A stretch of 64,000 bases of DNA from positions 165,030 through 229,029 of the forward strand of contig CAYZXY010000001.1 in NCBI GenBank assembly GCA_964482555.1, given 5' to 3'. This document shows positions 59,678-64,000 of the stretch, in pieces (position 1 is the stretch's first letter; each line of letters opens with the position of its first letter). The stretch is from an uncultured Pirellulales bacterium. GTDB taxonomy: Bacteria > Planctomycetota > Phycisphaerae > Sedimentisphaerales > SM23-30. Both the position numbers and the translations under genes were made by a program. The notes under the pieces were generated by a model. The model was not told the origin of the DNA. It saw only the letters and a list, made by a program, of their open reading frames with translations, and made no database searches.

Positions 59678-60451
59678 CTATTCGATCCGCTCCTTTTCCC
59701 GTGCCAGCAGCTCGCCTGTCATTTCATGACAGACAAAGCGTATATAGTTCCGCCGGGTCGTCCAGATACGCCAGGTGTAAGGCGAGTCCTTGGCACCGCG
59801 CTGACGACTGAACTCCTGAATGCGACGGCGCGTCTCCTCGTTGCCGGCGTCAAATATCCTCACGACCATGGCCCGCGGTTTGATCGGCGCGCCGGCCGGC
59901 AGCTCCATCGGACTGGCGGCTTTGGATATCTCCGCCGGATTGATGTTAACCAGCGATCGGCCCTCGATAACCTTATCGTCCCGCAGGTACATCTGCAGGG
60001 TCATGCCCATCTGCGGCGGCGGATAAGGGTCGTAACGGGTCACCGTTCCGACGATGACACCCTCGACATCCAGCGTCTCCGCCAGCAGAATGACCTCATC
60101 GGGACTCTCAACGTTCTGCATCCCCAGATCGCTCAGAGCCGCCAGCACACGGTTGACCGGCATGACATGCAGCTGCCCCTTGACCTGCTGCAATTCGGCA
60201 TAAAGCTCGTCCGTCACCGCCATGATGTCCAGGTCCTCCGAACCGGACAGGTTCCGGAACGGAACGACAGCAATGCTGTAAGCCTCGGGATATGGACTGG
60301 TATAGACACGCTCGACGCTCTGGCCGCATCCTGACAAAAACAGAATCATCGACAACGCCATCAAACATACCGTGCCCGCCCAGACTTTTCGCCGTCGGCC
60401 GCAATAACTACCGGTATTTGCTCTGACTCTATTCACTTGTCGCCCATCCAT
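59678..60451 (-). CDS. Lipoprotein (CsgG/TolB-N-like alpha/beta fold)
   Basis: Lipobox LSG-C; SIAVVPFRNLSG, VIVGTVTRYDPY. Confidence 0.75.
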   Translation of the reverse strand: MDGRQVNRVRANTGSYCGRRRKVWAGTVCLMALSMILFLSGCGQSVERVYTSPYPEAYSIAVVPFRNLSGSEDLDIMAVTDELYAELQQVKGQLHVMPVNRVLAALSDLGMQNVESPDEVILLAETLDVEGVIVGTVTRYDPYPPPQMGMTLQMYLRDDKVIEGRSLVNINPAEISKAASPMELPAGAPIKPRAMVVRIFDAGNEETRRRIQEFSRQRGAKDSPYTWRIWTTRRNYIRFVCHEMTGELLAREKERIE

Positions 60452-60517
60452 GGTTTCATTCGTTCGTCTTATCCGGGCTCATCCGTGAACCCGCTATATT
60501 ATTTATCGGCATTTGCC

Positions 60518-60568
60518 GAAGTTAACTTTCGCTTTTTTTGTGAGCGTTTTGGCGTTCCGCAGGCCTTT
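60518..60568 (+). repeat. ~55-bp motif (family 4), copy 2
   Basis: GAAGTTAACTTTCGCTTTTTTTG..TGGCGTTCCGCAGGCCTTT; abuts copy S. Confidence 0.7.
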
Positions 60569-60672
60569 TATACTGCCTCCGATGAAAATCACCCGTTTTC
60601 TCCAACCATAACTGCTTTTATGAAAACGATCAGGCGTGACCCTGCCAGAAGCTTTCTTCCCGATGGGGTATA
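60569..60672 (+). mobile_element. 105-bp repeat family 1, copy S (diverged)
   Basis: TATACTGCCTCCGATGAAAATCACCCGTTTT...CCCGATGGGGTATA. Confidence 0.72.
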
Positions 60673-60758
60673 GTTGCTGTTTTGTTTAAGCGGCCTGTTC
60701 ATATTAACGCCTTAACCCATCATCGCAAAGAGTGACTTGTCCCGTGTCGGTCAGCTTT

Positions 60759-61877
60759 TTAATTGGCTTGAATACCGGCCTGCGGATGCTGACTTAACTG
60801 CACCGGCTCAGCGCTCTTGAAGTCGGTATCGTACGGCTTAACAGACCAGATATTGTCGATGTATTTCCGGTCCGAGCAGAAATAGAGTCGCCCGTCAGGA
60901 GACCACGTCGGAGAATAATTCGATGCGTCATCCATGGTGATACGCCGGTTGCTGCGACCGTTGATATCGACTATCCAGACATCTTCGCCGGAACTGCCGG
61001 GCATTTTCTCCGCCTTTTTATCATACTGATCGCTGCTGACCGAACTGTAAGCCAGTTGCGATCCGTCCGGCGACCACGTGGGATTGATACAGGCATGATT
61101 CAGATTGGTCACGATCTCGGTGGGAAAACGCGCCTCGCCATCAACCAGATCAATCGTCCAGATGCTGAACCACTGACTGCCGCGATAGCGGGAAAGCTGA
61201 TAGGCTATCTTATTAATCGCGGGATTGGGAGACCACTCGGGAAACATGCCGTAGCCGATCCATTTCTTCAGGCTTGGATTTTCCGTGCTGACAATCCATA
61301 ATTCCCATTGCATGCTGCGGGTCCCGTAAGAACAGTAAACGATCCATTTGCCGTCCGCCGACCACGAAGGATGGATATCATTACTCATACTGGTCGTCAG
61401 ACGCACCGGGTTGCCCCCGTCCACGCCGATGACCCAGATGTCCCAGTTGCCCGAACGATTGCTGGCATACGCCACTTTATCGCCAGAAGGTGAAAACGAT
61501 GGTTGAATCTCGCTGGCCGGATCGCTGCTCAAGCGGGTGGCGGTCGAACCATTGATCTGTTTAATGTAAAGATCAGGATTGGGAGCGTGACGCAGAGAAC
61601 TGAACACCAGCAACTTGCCATCCCGACTGATATCCGGGTCGAAATCGCCGCCCTCCTCGCAAAAACTATGCTGCATAATGGATGAAAAAGGCGTGGCGGC
61701 AAACTCCACCGGTTCCCAGCCATTGAGGTTGCCGTTCAAATTCGTTTCATATGCCGGATTAACGACTACGGGAGACTTGGGCGAAGGGCTAAACCAACTA
61801 CCTCCCTGTTGAGCACATCCAGCCAAAGCTAAAAATATGGCAACACAGGAAATGATTATGTTTCGCGTAGGTATCAA
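60759..61877 (-). CDS. TolB-like (PD40 repeat) beta-propeller lipoprotein
   Basis: Lipobox LAG-C; repeats PDISRDGK, PSFSPSGDKVAYASNRSG, PSWSADGK, PTWSPDG. Confidence 0.9.
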   Translation of the reverse strand: MIPTRNIIISCVAIFLALAGCAQQGGSWFSPSPKSPVVVNPAYETNLNGNLNGWEPVEFAATPFSSIMQHSFCEEGGDFDPDISRDGKLLVFSSLRHAPNPDLYIKQINGSTATRLSSDPASEIQPSFSPSGDKVAYASNRSGNWDIWVIGVDGGNPVRLTTSMSNDIHPSWSADGKWIVYCSYGTRSMQWELWIVSTENPSLKKWIGYGMFPEWSPNPAINKIAYQLSRYRGSQWFSIWTIDLVDGEARFPTEIVTNLNHACINPTWSPDGSQLAYSSVSSDQYDKKAEKMPGSSGEDVWIVDINGRSNRRITMDDASNYSPTWSPDGRLYFCSDRKYIDNIWSVKPYDTDFKSAEPVQLSQHPQAGIQAN

Positions 61878-62279
61878 TGTGATCTATCCCTGGAAAGAAT
61901 CCGTCGCGGAAGCTTTCCTTGCTCTCCCAGACTGACGGCCTCCGGCAACGCAGTAAAGGAACGATAGTGCTGTTTCATTCAGTACCGGAAGCTCCCGTTC
62001 CGGTCACCTTTTTCATAACTTTTCTTCTCGGACGCGCTCATCTGTGCTGTGTATCGCAACAGCCTCGAAAATCGACCAGCAGGTCATTTTCAACTATCGG
62101 TCGGAATTCGTCCGGACAAAAACAAAAAATCAAAATTTCCTCATAACATCAAGGTCCTTTTTGGGTTACACAAATGTATCGACTAGATAGGCCCGGTTTC
62201 TTTAGTCCCAAAAGATATCTTTTATATCGCTGTAAAATATCATATAGTTGACCGGCAGATATTTTACCTCTCAATTCAT

Positions 62280-63311
62280 TTGGAAACGACAGACAGATAT
62301 TTTATAGTTACAAACATGAATACCAGCGCTCCAGCCCGACCTGACATACCAATCAGTGTTGTCATACCCTCATATAATGTAGAGAAATATATCCATCGCA
62401 CCATATGTAGTGCCCTCAAGCAGACACGTCCGCCAGCGGAGATCATCGTGGTCGATGATGGCTCCCAGGATAAAACCGTCGAAATCGTCAAAGGCTTCAA
62501 AGATAAGGTGCGGTTGATCGTTCAGAAAAATGCCGGGGCCAGTGCGGCACGCAACGCCGGTATCCGGGCAGCCCGCCATGAATGGATCGCGTTTCTTGAC
62601 GGCGATGATGAATGGCTGCCGGAAAAACTGCAAAAACAAGTCGATTTTATGCAAAAACACCCTGATATATGCTGGATTTCCAGCAATTACTGGCGTTGCG
62701 ACTGTAAAAGTGAACAACGTTATGAAAACCAGAACGTCGAAAAAGCCGCGGCGGCACTTAACGGCAGGGAGTATTTCGACAGTTTCTTCACGGCGTACCA
62801 GAACAATTGCTACGGCTGGACTGGTACGATGTTGATACAAAAGGACTTATGCATCAAGGCGGGCCTGTTCACCGAAGGGCTTGCCCGGTGTAACGATATT
62901 GATATGTGGTTCAAAATCGCTTATGACAGCCCAAAAATCGGGTATATCAATGAGCCGCTGGCGGTGTATCACATGGGCGTACCGGATAGTATAATAAAAA
63001 AGCACAGGGATCCGGAAATTGTGTGTGAGCTGGTGCGGCGGCATTTTGAACTGGCAAAGCAGAAAGGAGTTTATAAGGAATTTAAGTCCTGTTCCCGTAT
63101 CATCTTAGGAGTCTGGATCACTTTGCTGCTGACAGCAAATGACGGCAAATCGGTGCGGGCAATCCTCCGTGAATTTGATGATGTATTTTCAAGTTATTTT
63201 AAAAAGACAGTAACGATCAAGAGTTTTTTTCCAAAACTGGGGCTTTGGTATGACCAGATGAAGAAAAATTTCATCGATAAAAGTGCTGATTTTCGCAAGA
63301 AACACCCCTGA
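62280..63311 (+). CDS. Glycosyltransferase family 2
   Basis: ISVVIPSYN, IIVVDDGS, NAGASAARNAG, IAFLDGDD. Confidence 0.95.
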   Translation: METTDRYFIVTNMNTSAPARPDIPISVVIPSYNVEKYIHRTICSALKQTRPPAEIIVVDDGSQDKTVEIVKGFKDKVRLIVQKNAGASAARNAGIRAARHEWIAFLDGDDEWLPEKLQKQVDFMQKHPDICWISSNYWRCDCKSEQRYENQNVEKAAAALNGREYFDSFFTAYQNNCYGWTGTMLIQKDLCIKAGLFTEGLARCNDIDMWFKIAYDSPKIGYINEPLAVYHMGVPDSIIKKHRDPEIVCELVRRHFELAKQKGVYKEFKSCSRIILGVWITLLLTANDGKSVRAILREFDDVFSSYFKKTVTIKSFFPKLGLWYDQMKKNFIDKSADFRKKHP

Positions 63312-63313
63312 AA

Positions 63314-64000
63314 ATGCCAAAAAGTGACCATAAAATGGTAAAAGTTGATGCAATAATACCCCTATATAATAAGGCGGAGACCATCAAAAGGGCCGTCCAG
63401 TCAGTAATAAATCAGACATTCACGCAGTGGCGGTTGACGGTAGTGGATGATGGTTCGACCGACCACAGCGCGGATCTGGTCGGACGATTTACGGATAAGC
63501 GAATACGGTTGATCCGGCAGGAGAACAGCGGGCCGGGCGCGGCGCGGAACCGGGGGATACACGAAGCGAGCAGTCGGTATGTTGCGTTTCTGGATGCGGA
63601 TGATGAATGGCTGCCGGAGTATCTGGCGAATATGTATGCGGCGTTGGAGGAGCATGATGCGGCGCTGGTCGGGGGGATGTATTATGAATGGCCGAAACAG
63701 GATGATATGACAGGATACTGGCGGCGGCGCGGGGTGGTGCCGGGCGTGTATGAGTTGGCGGGCGATGAGGACCCGGCATGGGTGGAATCGCTGGCGTTGT
63801 TTTATCATGTCGGCAACAGTGTTGTGCGAACGGAGACGGCACGGGCGTATGGCGGATTTTTTGAGGAGCGGTGCGTGTCGGGGGAGGATTCGATTTTATT
63901 CATGCGGATTGTGCCGAACGAGCGTGTGATGGTGATCAGGCCGGCGGGCACGGTGCATCATCGTGAGGACAGCCATTTGTCGAACACGCATGAACATGCC
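63314..64000 (+). CDS. Glycosyltransferase family 2 (runs off the right edge)
   Basis: Hand translation MPKSDHKMVKVDAIIPLYNKA..VVDDGSTD..NSGPGAARNRG..AFLDADDEW; not in the track because no stop lies in the window. Confidence 0.92.
   Translation, partial: MPKSDHKMVKVDAIIPLYNKAETIKRAVQSVINQTFTQWRLTVVDDGSTDHSADLVGRFTDKRIRLIRQENSGPGAARNRGIHEASSRYVAFLDADDEWLPEYLANMYAALEEHDAALVGGMYYEWPKQDDMTGYWRRRGVVPGVYELAGDEDPAWVESLALFYHVGNSVVRTETARAYGGFFEERCVSGEDSILFMRIVPNERVMVIRPAGTVHHREDSHLSNTHEHA

Noticed and set aside
1163-60672. 105-bp repeats as a CRISPR array
   Set aside because: Copies are dispersed kilobases apart, too long, not separated by uniform spacers, and no cas genes are present.
61890-62005. 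Hairpins upstream of the TolB-like gene as a c-di-GMP riboswitch
   Set aside because: Stems exist (GGAAAG/CTTTCC, ACCGGAA/TTCCGGT) but the conserved GEMM motifs are not recognisable.

Overview
A 64-kb chromosomal window of mostly housekeeping genes. The gene set suggests a Planctomycetota (Phycisphaerae-like) genome; this is inference, not a database result. It holds about 50 protein genes, including nusA-infB-DUF503-rbfA, hisG, ruvC/ruvA, recR/ybaB, rpoN, xerC, a pilM(N)-pilO-like type IV pilus operon, nspC, ilvE, cstA and a ClC protein, plus one tRNA-Lys(TTT). I found no prophage, CRISPR array, cas gene or transposase. The main unexplained signal is intergenic. An unnamed ~105-bp TATAC...GGGTATA element (ERIC/BOX/RUP/Correia-like MITE) occurs about 23 times. 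All copies are intergenic, 20 of 23 share one orientation, length stays 103-107 bp even in strongly diverged copies, and several ends create TATAAT boxes facing gene starts. Three further small repeat families interleave or recombine with it. Other leads: two structured ncRNA candidates (upstream of nusA and of xerC), a 712-aa acidic tail-anchored protein with repeated short helical motifs, a CarH-like regulator lacking both B12 histidine ligands divergent from a triple-fasciclin gene, several apparent pseudoenzymes, a stand-alone Clp N-domain protein, two genes that seem to need ATC/ATT starts, an unannotated 41-aa membrane peptide and block-wise GC-skew flips. Repeat coordinates, counts and pairings were read by hand and may be off by a few bases.
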